Of a DNA stretch of 64,000 nucleotides, positions 13,519 to 25,282 are shown piece after piece. The position numbers and the translations under genes were made by a program. Source of the stretch: Gordius albopunctatus (lineage: Eukaryota); assembly GCA_964276515.1 (NCBI GenBank), contig OZ193909.1, positions 1,302,001-1,366,000 of the forward strand, written 5' to 3'. The stretch's first letter is position 1. Every line of letters begins with the position of its first letter. A model generated the notes under the pieces. It was given only the letters and a program-made list of their open reading frames with translations. It made no database searches and was not told the DNA's origin.

Positions 13519-14535
13519 CAGGCGCGTAGCCAGGATTTTCTCAAGGGGCCAGAAAAATTCAAAAAAGTTTTAGACACTTTTATTTTTAATATAACAAAAA
13601 TAAACTTCGCGTACAATATGACAAGGGCTTTCAACTTTTGATCCTCTTTACCACCATACCTTGGTCCAAAGAACACACAAAATGTACAATAAGCACCATT
13701 TTCTCGGGGAGAATAGGAGAGCCAGCTCCATTTGTGAAACAAAGAGAAATTAAATTTCAGCTTTTTAGCTGTTGCATCACGAGGAAAATTGAATAAAAGT
13801 GGTGGTTGATAAATTTTATCAAATTCTGCCAACTTATCTTCATACTGTTGTATGGTGTTAACATACAAAGATATGTCATACGGCTGCTGGTTTGATGATG
13901 ATTTTATATCTAACATTAAATTATTTCAATTAACATTTTACAAATTTTAATTAACTCTAAAAATAAACTAAAAAAGATAAAATTTTACATATACCATTTG
14001 ACTTTAGAATAGTTGAGTCATTTTCATCAATATTATTGTTTAAAACAATAGGTGTGAGTGTTTCAATTGAATCTTCATCATTGGACAAATTTAAATCCTC
14101 TAGAAATTTTTAAAATTGACAATGTAATCACAATATTTATAACAATTAATATATATAAGAAATCAATACTATATAAACATAAAATAAAAGCCTAAGTCGC
14201 TTACTAGAAATACCAGGGTTTGGTATTTTAAGGGGTAAAAAATTTTGTATAGAATTCTTTATAATTTACAACTCTTCGCGGTAATCATACAAACATACAT
14301 ACAATTTACAATCAATGGTGGAAAATTATAATGTTGGGATGCAAGTCGAAAATAAATTCTAAAAATTGAATGTATATATTATGTTTCCAGACTTTTATAA
14401 GTGTCTCAAAATCTTTTATGCAACTAAACTATAATATTTTAACCCATTTAATCTAATTATTAAACAAAAAAATTTTCAAATTTTGGTCAAAGGGCCAGCA
14501 ACGTCCCACTTTCTGCCCCCTTGGCTACGCGCCTG
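13519..14535 (-). mobile_element. Non-autonomous hAT, same family as 901-2293, retaining the N-terminal TTF-type zinc-finger remnant
   Basis: Identical TIRs; TSD AATGAGGT (13511-13518, 14536-14543); ORF 13518-13916 WSWLSYSPRENGAYCTFCVFF; ~570 bp shared with the 901-2293 copy at one end. Confidence 0.92.
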
Positions 14536-14688
14536 AATGAGGTTGATGGCAATTAATGTCCCAGGGTGAATTCACCAAGATGATATTCGACGAGTTGATA
14601 GGATTGTAATTGCATCAGTACCATATGTTCGCAAGTTATGCTACACAACACTCTTTGATTAAAAACAACGTGCTAATAAAAAATTAAC

Positions 14689-17600
14689 ATGTCTAAACGC
14701 GAAAAAGTTGTGCTGGCATATTCTGGTGGATTGGATACTTCGTGTATTCTTGTTTGGCTGCAAGAAAAAAATTATGATGTTATTGCATTTATGGTAAACT
14801 TATAATGATTCTATAAAATGGATTTGTGTAGGCTAACATAGGGCAAAAAGAAGACTTTGAAGCTGCCAAAGAAAAGGCCCAAAAGTTAGGTGCTATACAA
14901 GTATGATATTACCAATAAATTACATTTAAATTTACCAAATTTTACTATTTATAATTAATTATTTTACTGCTAGAATATTTGTGCACTAATTTAAGTTATT
15001 CTCATAATTAAATATTTAAGGTAATCATCAGTGATGTAAGAGAAATCTTTGTGACAGATTACATGTTTCCACTTCTCAGATCAAGTGCAATTTACGAGGA
15101 TCGTTATATGTTAGGCACTGCTATAGCCAGACCCTGTATAGCAGCTGAAATGGTAAAAGTTGCCAAACTACTTGGTGCTTCTGCTATTTCACACGGTGCA
15201 ACTGGGAAAGGAAATGATCAAGTAAATTTATTTTTTAAAAGCTATCAAGCTCCATATTGCAAAGGAATTAGTTCATAATGATTTACAGTTTTAAAGGTGA
15301 TTGGGAAGCTATAATTTTTGATTACAATTATTTCTCAGTATTATTTGTTTTTACCCAATTTATCTACATACTATTTAATGACCACTTGATAAGACAAACA
15401 TTTATTAAAGTCATGAATAATAGAAGTTAATGACATTAAAAGTAAAAAATGCTTAAAAAATAGCTAGCTACTAGTGTCCAACTTGCAATTATTTGTTTTA
15501 AATTGCACTCCATGGCTTGGAAACTATCAGATATAACCTTTGCTGGGTTGTTCTATTCTTATTTATTTTAAAATTAAAATTTTTCAAAAGTATTTACCTC
15601 AAGTTGTATTGTTACTTTTACTAAATCTCTCATTAAAAAACAAAAATGAAGGAAAAAAGACATATCTTATCAGAGATCTGATATATTTGAGGAATATTAT
15701 TACATTTTAATGATAATGCAAATAATGATTAGAAACTTTTGAAATATGCTATCCCTTCCATACTGGTTTGTATTTTAAGTAGTGCTGTAAACATTTGTAA
15801 AAAAATCGAACGCGTTCACGTTCGTTCAAAATTTTATGATAAATTTTTTTAAAGTTTAAATTAATATAAATAAATACCCATGATAAAAAATAATAGTTTT
15901 ATTTCGACAATATAATTATAAATCAATATAATCTATTTTCTTATTTATTTTTAATAATAATTGTTTTTCAAAATTGTCTTCTGATAAGCAGGAACGCTTG
16001 GCAGTTAATACAGCATTAGCTAAACTAAAAACCTGCTCCACAGGGGCAGATGAGGGGATTGGAGTATTATACTTAATAAACAAACTTTTTAAAGGAGGAA
16101 ATTTATTAAAAACTTTTAATGTTTTGTCCCTCGCTTCAAAAAATTGCGACAAGATATCATCCTCCAATGCGCCCTCTACTTCCTCGCCAAAAAATGATAT
16201 CTCTGAATCGACAGCTCTTTCATTATCAATTCTAGGGGTTTCAATCCCTTTTTTCAATAACACTAAAAGTTTATTCTTTATAGGTTCATTTTAATTATTG
16301 AATTTGATCTTTTATATGAAACGAGTGAAAAATATTTTTCATATTTTGGCCATGGCAATTTCAATTCATCTGCTGATTTTGAATATTCAGAATCTGAAGA
16401 TGACGACGATATAATATTATGATTGTCCGTATTAACCTATAAATTAAACTATAATTAATAATATCAAACTAATTAACTTTAATCTTATCTTCTTTTGCAC
16501 GTTATAGTATGTTAAAAGTATTTCGGAATTGGCAATAGGAAACAGGAAAAACAGCTGATTAAAAAATATAATACTTTTTTGTTAAAAATTCGGATTGACA
16601 TTAATTTTAAACTAAATAAAAATAAAAAAGGGTTTTTAAAATTGAAAGAACGTTAAATTCGAACGCGTTCATCAAAAAAAAGGAACGCGTTCACGTTCAA
16701 AGTTCATCAAAAAATAAAAGAACGTCGTTCATGAACGCGTTCATTTACAGCACTAATTTTAAGTAATATTGCTTAAGATATTGGGCATTATAATTCTTCT
16801 CCCCAAAAAAGACTTATTGGTAAAAAATACTGTTGAAAATCTTTGATTAAACGAAACAATTTTAAAAGGTTTATTAATATTTTTATTCCAAAAGTCTAAA
16901 TATTTGTACTTTTTCACTGAGAATTTTTTGAAAGATGGAAAATTACTTTTAGATGTATTACATCAATAGTAAGCCTATAAAAAGTGGAAAACCAGCTATG
17001 GGAGTCATTGAGCAAGTTTCCGATGCAAGATATGAGTGTCGTAAATTGGTTGGGTTTTGCTCGGTTGACCCCTTTGCCTTTAGTCGACTAAACATAAAGA
17101 GAGACCAAAGGTTTTTGGTCACTTTTTTTCTTATTCAACCAAATTGCTTGGTCGAAATTTGGAAAAAAGACCAGAGTCAATCGTTAGTATTAGTTGAACC
17201 CCAAAGGTTGACCTAACAACAACACCCAGCCGTTTTTACAACCCCCTACAAAGTCTCTTCTTACTCTAAAAGATTTAAAAGAAAAATGCATTTTTTGGCC
17301 TCGAGCACTTATATCATCTATTACTATGATACCCGAATTAAATGATTTTTGCCCTAGGAATATTGTTAAGAAATTATCTACAGCAACAAATTGGCATCTT
17401 AATTGTCAATCGGATGTTATAATTAATAAGCCTACTAGGGCAAGTTTGAAAAGGAGAGTAGATTGTTTTTTACTAGCACATGTAGACAAGGAGGAGGACC
17501 ATGTTTTGTAGTATGCAGGGCGTAGGCTGGGGGGGGGGACAGGGATGGGCGGTTCCCCCACTCTTAATCCAAAAAATCTTTAAAATTTAATATGTTGACG

Positions 17601-20600
17601 GCTAAAATTTCGATAGATGATCATTTTGCTTCTCCTTAAATTATTATTGCCTCCCCTCTCTAATCCAAATCCTGACTGTGCCAGAGGTAGTAGTCTGTCT
17701 GTCTGTCTGTACAAGTGGCGAAAGCTTATTTCAATTACACTTTATATAATAATTCTTGGAGCCAGGAAATTTAAAATTTGTATAAACATATTTTTCAACG
17801 ATTTAACACGTGTAGTAGTAGTAGTATATCTTTCCTTTGAATTTAGAGACCGTAAAAAGTTATAAGCGTTAAAAATGTGATTAGAAATATTCCATGTTTG
17901 GTCTACAATCGCTTTTTGTGCTTGTAGGTGAGGTTCGAACTAGCCGTGTACGCCCTTTGTCCCGACTTGACCATAATAGCTCCCTGGAGGATGCCCGAAT
18001 TTTATCAACGCTTCCCCGGCCGTGGTCACCTCTTCACTTACGCCCGCGAGAAGGGCGTTCCCTTGCCCGACACCCTGACCCCCCGAGATCCTTGGAGTGT
18101 GGATGCAAACTTGATGCACACCTCTTACGAGAGTGGGATCTTGGAAGACCCAAACGAACCCGCCCCCGCTCGGCTTTACACAATGACCGCGGACCCATTC
18201 AAGCTACCCCCAGAGGAAGCGGGCGAAATAAACGGTGGGGCTGGGGGTGGTAGTTCTAAGAAAAGACGGACCATAAGATGTATTATTGGGTGGAAGGCGA
18301 GGGTGGAATCAGTTTGATCAATAATATAAAGTGGGTCACCCCTGGTGTTCTAAAAACCGCTGGGGCTTGTTTGGTAGAAGACCTTTCGTTTTACTAAGAC
18401 TAACGATCGACTCTGGCCCCTTTTTCAAATTTCGACTAAGCATAAGGGTCGGCTTAGAAAAACAAAGACCAAAAAACTTTGGTCTCTGTTTATGTTTAGT
18501 CGACCAAAGGCAAAGGTGGACCAAATGAACCCCAGCCGTTTTTACAACACTAGTCACCACACCATGGGGGGGGTTTGCATTGAGCTAGTGGTTAGTAGCG
18601 TTGTAAAAAGACCTGGGTATTTAGCAGATCCTAAGACTTACGACCTACTCAACAATTTCCAATGGCTGTTGTCTGTCACACTAAGGTGGTCGTCAGCTTC
18701 TTTAGATATTTTGCATAAGGGGTGATGCTCGGCTATCCAGGCCTGACTGCCGTGCTGGGTGACGATGTGATTTAATAAGTGGCAGTAAGGTACCAAAGTC
18801 CCCTGGTGTCTAACTCTCAAATTTCGACCAAGCTGAAAAACAGACCTAAAGTCTTTAATCAATCGACTAATATACGTCTTTTTCCAACACTACGGGATCA
18901 TACTCGCTCCAACTCCCAAAATGTCTGTACCGAAGCTGGGTAGCTTTAAGTTGGTAGGCATCTATCTCGCCCGTTGTGAACAAAACGATTGGGGTTTTTG
19001 TTTGGTAGAAGACCTTTGCCTTAGTCGTTTTTTGGTCCATTTTTCTTGGTCGGCCTCTAGGTGTAGTCGAGATTTGAAAAAGGGGCCAGAGTCGATCGTT
19101 AGTCTGAGTTAAACGAAAGGTCGACCGAACAACACCCAGCTGTTTTTACGACGCTACTTACCACTACATCTAATTTTTGAATCTAAAATTAGGAATGCAT
19201 TTAAATTTTTTTTTTTGGGGGGGGGGGCTTTTAGGTGTAGGGAATTAAGATGATTTGACAATTTTTGTTATATCTCCCATAAAAGTCGGGCCGGGAAACG
19301 TAGCGATAACTAGTGCCGGTTTCAGTTTAGATAGTTTTTTGGGTTTACTCGTAGTGTTGTAATAACGGCTGGGTTTTTTTTGGTCGTAGACCTTCGGTTT
19401 TAATGAAATAAACCTTTTAAACACACTTTTTAAAGACGTTCAAGGGACCGCACCTCCGGCCGGAAGTCCCGTTGATATTGAGATCGATTTCGTTTCCGGT
19501 ACCCCCGTGCGCCTCACACGGTTGACGTTCGAACATGAAGATCGCGTGACTGTGAGTTCAGGTGAAGGCGATAGCGTCGGCGATTCTAAGGCGACGTATC
19601 GGGTGCTCAACACATTGGTCCAGCCTGGGGACGCGTTGGGATTGGTGGAATGTTTGAATGAGTTGGCGGGAGGACAGGGGATTGGTCGGATCGACATTGT
19701 GGAAAATCGATTTGTGGGTATGAAGTCACGTGGTATATACGAAACCCCGGGGTTTACCGTCCTGTTCGAAGCGCATCGAGATTTGGAGGCGCTTGTTTTG
19801 GACCGAGAAGTGAAGAAAATCAAAAAGTATGCTAAAACTTAAAATTGAAAAAATGGTCATTTTCCAGACACTGAGACCTGATAAAAGTCATTACAAATGG
19901 GCGTTACCAGGGGATGGCAGGGCTCTCTAAATCCTAAAATTCCTTCAAATATTATATATAATTACGGGTAAATTTTAAAAAATATTATCTTGCCCCTCTC
20001 AATCATTATTGCCTCCCTCTAATTTCAATCCTGGCTAAGTCCATGTCATTACATCCTCAATTCGATTGTTAATCCATGTATTTTATCTTTTAATTATCAC
20101 ATTTTCCGCCTAATGTGAAATCTATGATGCCCAAAATTTTAGAATTCATACACTGACAAGTGACAAAAGTCCTCGTCACATTCTCAATTTTCATCTTCTA
20201 TGTTTTGGTCGCAGCACTTTTCGCAAGGAATAAGCTAGAAAAGTGCTTTATTATCTAAATGCGTTGCTTTTTTACTCGGGAGCTCATAGGCAATATAATG
20301 TTAAATTTATGGCACACAGAGATGCTTTTGTACAAATCGACTGACCTTTTCTTACCTTGATATTTGTTTTCATTTTCCATTTATTAATGTCATTTGAGTC
20401 CATAATAGCTTTAGCCTCGATGAGTTCAATCCCCAATCCTCGTTTAACCACTTCCTCTAAATACAGGGAGAAAGTGAAATTTTAAGATGAATGCCAAAAC
20501 TAAGTAACCTTCGTGAAAAATTGTTTTTCCCTAAATTTCTTCTATTTTTGTTTTGCCATCCGAGAAATTTCCTTTTTCCAAATTTTTCTCCATTATTTTT

Positions 20601-21949
20601 CTCGGTATACACTCGGTAAAAGGGGGCAATAACGATCGTTTTCGCAACTCCGAACTCGATTATTTCAAAAACTTGACGTTTAGGGAAAAAACGAAAAATA
20701 TACTCGTGTTCACCACAAAAAATCTATCGAAATATGTTAACCGTTTCTTAGTTTTTGTGTAGTGTTATTACTTATTTGAGGCTATTTCAATTTATTTTTT
20801 ACCAGATATTTGTCTGATCGATTTGCGGAGCAAGTTTATAACGGATTTTGGTTTTCGCCCGAGTGCGAATACACTCGGCTCTGCTTGGAAGCGAGTCAGA
20901 GTGTCGTGAGCGGGACCGTGCGACTCAAACTCTATCGCGGGCACGTCTACGTGATTTCGCGCCAGGCCTCGGACCCGAGACTTTCGCTCTACGACCAAAA
21001 CTTGGTCAGTATGGACGTGCAAGGGAATTATCAACCTACGGACGCCGATGGATTTATTAAAATTAACGCTCTCAGGTGGGGAATAATCAGCGATCACATC
21101 TTTGGGCGCCCGGGGGGGGGGCGGGAGGTGTTATATCATTTAAGCGTTAGAAAATTAAAGGTATTAAATCGGAATTCGATTGCGCAGATGTTTGGAGTGT
21201 TGAAATTTAAGTGGTTAACCTAGCCCACCCGTCAGGTCGGGTCGAAAAAATTGACTTTGTATAGGAGTGGTCGATTAAACGGTGTTTTTAAACATTTTCA
21301 GTCACCATTTTTTTTTGGGGGGGAGAGGGCAGAATCAGATATTCTAAGGTTTCATTTATGGGTTGCCTCTAGTGCGATATATATAGTAATTAACATGACG
21401 ATCCCATGTTTTTTTTAATCTAATTTGGGTAGCCGGCTGCCTTTATTGGTTTGGTTGAATAGCAGTGAGAAGATAATTGCTTAATTCGTATAGATTAATG
21501 AGATATAGCGATAAGGGTTTATCTCATCTGTTCGATCATTCGAAATTAGAGATGGCTACAGTCCTTTATAAATAAAATTAACACGATAGAGATTAGCCGA
21601 AATCCTCTGTAATTATAAAGAGAGGGGAGATTGATGTGATCTGGCCTAGCAAGTAGTAATGCGACCTTCGAAAGCGACTTCATAATATTACATTTGTCGA
21701 GATCGCGCGTTTCGATTAAGGCAATTGCGATTTTAAGGGCAGGCCAGATGTGCGCGTGGTTACCATGGTTAATAAACTATTTCGAAATTGGTTTAAACCG
21801 CTTTTAGCTTACAAATGGTAAAATTTAATGTAGAACCGCAGTATTTTATGTGCCACGTTGTGTCTGTAGTTAATAGACATTTCATTTTTAACAGGTTAAA
21901 GGAGCACCAGAGACGCAAGGAACGGATCAAAGATTTGCAATTGAAATAA
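14689..21949 (+). CDS. ASS1: Argininosuccinate synthase; exons 14689-14793, 14832-14900, 15021-15221, 17928-~18240, 19445-19826, 20806-21075, 21895-21949
   Basis: [108 protein letters not shown]. Exon 4 donor position is ambiguous. Confidence 0.96.
15780..16755 (-). mobile_element. Non-autonomous hAT in ASS intron 3
   Basis: TIR TAGTGCTGTAAA / TTTACAGCACTA; TSD ATTTTAAG (15772-15779, 16756-16763); GAACGCGTTC subterminal palindromes; ORF 15916-16263 has [15 protein letters not shown] (hAT dimerisation domain). Confidence 0.92.
18345..18551. mobile_element. Representative copy of an abundant ~200-bp MITE (others near 870-3133, 4715, 17040-17243, 18596-18891, 18972-19155, 37217-37343, 54800, 62328)
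   Basis: Imperfect TIR GTGTT(G/C)TAAAAACGGCTGGG ... CCCAGCCGTTTTTACAACAC with GTCGAC-rich interior, recurring many times in the window. Confidence 0.75.
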
Positions 21950-23233
21950 TGTTTCATTGCTTGACCCCTTCCCTTTCTAGAGTTAAAAGTTTTTTATTTA
22001 CACCAAATTATCTTAATATTTTTGAATTTATTATTTATTTATAAAATTCGTAAGGTTTGTTTTTTACTCTAAAATCGTTTGCCCGATTATATCGCCAATC
22101 AATTAATTTGTGTTTTATTGATTGATTATAGACAAAAAGCGATTTTTCATCGTTGTATCAATAAACCTCTTTACATAAAAAACTCTTTGTAGCGTAGATA
22201 GTTCTACTTAGCCTAAAAATTGGAATTAATTGAAATTACCTTTTCTAAATTTAATCAAACACACGTGTCTGGAACGCATCTTTTTAAAGCGAGAGCGCTT
22301 AAACTTTAGTTTTCAATGTCAAATCGGTACTATTCAGCCGATCATATCACGATTTCTTAGAAACTAAGAATATTTGTATTAAATTCCATAAGATTTAACT
22401 TATTTAGACCTCTAATTTTTTAGTTGTGATTGCTCAAAGATCAGAAATCGGCCTTTTAGAACATCTGGTTATGAAGCTGATTTCATAAAATTTCCTAGTT
22501 AATCGTAAAATCTTGTAGGTACAGGTAAGACCGGGCTGTCTGCATAGAAAAAATATTTTTGACCGATTGCTCATCTATTTGTTGTTGTTAAATCGTTTTA
22601 AATTTAAAACAAACGTTTTTTTACCGCCTATAAAACAATTTTAATGAGAATGGGATTTGGACGACATTAAATAATGACCAAAAGTTAAAATGAGTAATAT
22701 TAATTTTGGCGCCAAAATGACTACAAAAAATATGTTAATGCTAGTTAACATTCTTATAAGTATCTATAAACAATAATTTGCTGAGGAATAATCAAAAAAG
22801 ATTGAATAAGCGAGTGCCGTTTTCAATTAATAGGCAAGAAGATTGTTTTTATTACAGCAACTTCTTAAAGCAACTATACAACAGTAAAATGTTTTTAGGT
22901 ACAAATATTTTTTAATATTTTTTTCCCGTAGTATTGCAGTCTAAAACTCTTAATCGCAAATCGGATTATCGCGGAAATCTTATCGCGATATTAACAAAAA
23001 CATCGTTAATTGACTGACAAATCGCTTAATAGTACAATATTGGATATTCACAAACATTTTCGAGTTCTTAAATCAACCATACAATTATATAAAATATCGT
23101 TTTATTGCGAAGCGTAGGAAATGAATATTTACTATATGTCTTTATATATTTAATATTTTCTCTTTTTCCATCGTTTAAAATATGTGATCGCGTACAATGA
23201 ATAAGTGAAAAATCGGGGTGTGTATAGAAAACG

Positions 23234-23340
23234 AAATTTAGGGAATAGGCTTGGGGACAAGTCGGGCGAAACAGGTGAGGAGGGTGTCACGTAGGAAAAA
23301 AGACAAGTGACACCCGGAGGGCAGACGGGTGTATTTATAC
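23234..23340 (-). promoter_or_regulatory. Terminal direct repeat of family 1 with TATA box, Inr-like motif and stem-loops (second copy 26023-26129)
   Basis: Minus strand: TATAAATA, then TCACTT ~30 nt downstream; inverted repeats ACACCCG/CGGGTGT and GGGTGTCAC/GTGACACCC. Confidence 0.6.
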
Positions 23341-23358
23341 CAGGATGCGTAGGGTTTG

Positions 23359-25206
23359 CTAGGGTTCTAGATCGACTATTTCGACCGGTATTTCGTTTTC
23401 CCAAAAACCTAGATCGATGTCGTCTTCCTCTGGAAGCCCATGCTGGAGGATATAATCGATATCTGTGTTTGTTTGCTCCCTGTCTGGTACTTCGGGGGCC
23501 CATACTCGAGACGGGTGATCGGCCGGGTTCAGATGTGTTGGAATCCAGGATAGGTTAAAGTGTATGTTGAGCAAGTGTTTGATGCCCCATGTTTTAACGA
23601 AGGTGGCTACGACTTCCTCGATAACTGGGGAGTTAGATCCCCCTTTTTTGAGTACGTAATATGCTGTGGCTGAGTCAGTGAATAGCTTTGGGTGATCGTG
23701 CCCGCTAAGGTATGAGCGGACGTAACCGTATAGAACGGCCACGGTTTCTGATAGGGTGATGTGATACGGTTCCCTCCATTTCCATCCCAGAAAAGCTGCC
23801 GCGTTTTGGAAGCTATTAGAGTGTTCTCCGTAGTCATCCATTATCCCGATATGCGATCCCGATGCATCAACGTAGACGATATTGGATGGCTTGACCCAGA
23901 GCGGTATGGTTTCGTGTGTAAGCTTTAAGATACCCATGAGTTTATGTGCGGCGAGGCTTCTATCGAACCATGGGGGGTTGTCTCTTGTGAGGCTGTAAAA
24001 ACTGGAAAAGAGTTTAGACATACCCGTGAGATTGTAAAAAAAGTAGTTGAGGATGCCCAGCGCTTCGAGCAATGTGTTTGCGGGGACGTCTCGTGTGAGT
24101 GCCAGGAAAAGGATGTCGGCTGCGATTTGAAGTCGGTCCGCGGTTCCCGGTTTGCATTTGACGGCGGAGACGTCGAGCTTCAGCTCCATTCCCAGGTATT
24201 CTATGCGTTGGGACGGCATGATGGAGGATTTGCTTACGTTAATCGTGAGGCCCCATGCTTTAGAAAGATCAGCCAGGGCTTCGAGGTCTTCTTGAACGTT
24301 GTCATATTCGTGAGAGTATATTAACAGGTCGTCCAGGTAGACGTTGTACTTTGAGTGCTTGATGGCTTTTTTAGCTAGGTCGCTAACGATCATTTGAAGC
24401 ACAAACGGGGAGAAGGAGGCTCCCATCGGGAGTACGTTGTACTCGTATGGTTTTCTCCTCCAAACGTATCCCAGATATTTCTTGGTGCTGGGGTGAATGG
24501 GTATGGAGAAGAATGCGGCCTTGAAGTCTATTTTGGCCGCCCATCTGGCTGCTGCTAGGTGCTTGGCGGTGAGTGGTATATTTGCCAGTTTCAAAGGTTT
24601 TGGCAGAAAGTTCCTAGAAGCATGTGACAAATCTGTGATTACCCTGGCATCTCCATTTGGTTTAGCAATGAAGAACGTGGCCGAGCGGATTAGGAGTTTC
24701 GCTGTCCTTGATACAATACCCGCTTTTAGCATTTCCGGAAAGTAGGCCGGAGGTCCCTTTGAGTATCTTTTCGATTTAGGAGGTTGTATCAGCCCTCCAT
24801 TTAATCGGATGTTGTAGGCATCGAGGATGGCCTTGTAGCCATAGGTGGCTACCTTTTTGCTAAACGGCGACATGAGGTCGTGTGGCGTGAGGCGCGAAGT
24901 TCTGATATCGAGGGCCCCGCTTGGTTTAACAGAAGAAGACGCTCTGCTCCAGCCAAAAAGCACTTTGTGCTCTTGTATTAGGGATCGGATTTGTCCCGAT
25001 CCCGCGTCCCGGACGAGGGAAGGCTCGGAGTCCGTGAGTCGTTGCTCTGACTCAGTAGGAGATGGCGGAGCGTCAGTGTGTGGCGGCGGAGTGGACGGCG
25101 GTGTATCCGGCAGCTTCGGTTCGTCGTCATTTGGCGGTGAAAAGATAATGCGTCGCGCTTCCCTAAGAAAATGAAAAACACTTTTAAGCCACATGGGGGA
25201 AGCCAT
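23359..25206 (-). CDS. Reverse transcriptase-RNase H polymerase (DIRS/hepadnavirus-like); frame open upstream to 25392
   Basis: FFIAKPNGDARVITDLS, KIDFKAAFFSIPIHP, LPMGASFSPFVL, YLDD, KS..PSQRIEYLG; RNase H VDAS, ITLSE, TDS, WIPTHLNPADHPSR. Confidence 0.93.
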   Translation of the reverse strand: MASPMWLKSVFHFLREARRIIFSPPNDDEPKLPDTPPSTPPPHTDAPPSPTESEQRLTDSEPSLVRDAGSGQIRSLIQEHKVLFGWSRASSSVKPSGALDIRTSRLTPHDLMSPFSKKVATYGYKAILDAYNIRLNGGLIQPPKSKRYSKGPPAYFPEMLKAGIVSRTAKLLIRSATFFIAKPNGDARVITDLSHASRNFLPKPLKLANIPLTAKHLAAARWAAKIDFKAAFFSIPIHPSTKKYLGYVWRRKPYEYNVLPMGASFSPFVLQMIVSDLAKKAIKHSKYNVYLDDLLIYSHEYDNVQEDLEALADLSKAWGLTINVSKSSIMPSQRIEYLGMELKLDVSAVKCKPGTADRLQIAADILFLALTRDVPANTLLEALGILNYFFYNLTGMSKLFSSFYSLTRDNPPWFDRSLAAHKLMGILKLTHETIPLWVKPSNIVYVDASGSHIGIMDDYGEHSNSFQNAAAFLGWKWREPYHITLSETVAVLYGYVRSYLSGHDHPKLFTDSATAYYVLKKGGSNSPVIEEVVATFVKTWGIKHLLNIHFNLSWIPTHLNPADHPSRVWAPEVPDREQTNTDIDYILQHGLPEEDDIDLGFWENEIPVEIVDLEP

Positions 25207-25282
25207 GTCTTTATCACCGTGGGGAATCGGTAAGCCATCAGGCCCGAATTCCCAGTTTGCTGCTGCTTTGTGAAGGCGCTTT

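Noticed and set aside
23350..23370. TAGGG telomere-like repeats at the pol end
   Set aside because: Only two imperfect units, not conserved in copy B.
23150..23503. 117-aa ORF overlapping the pol end as a possible tyrosine recombinase or X-like gene
   Set aside because: No R-H-R-Y motifs, runs through the repeat into the flank, and has no counterpart in copy B or family 2.
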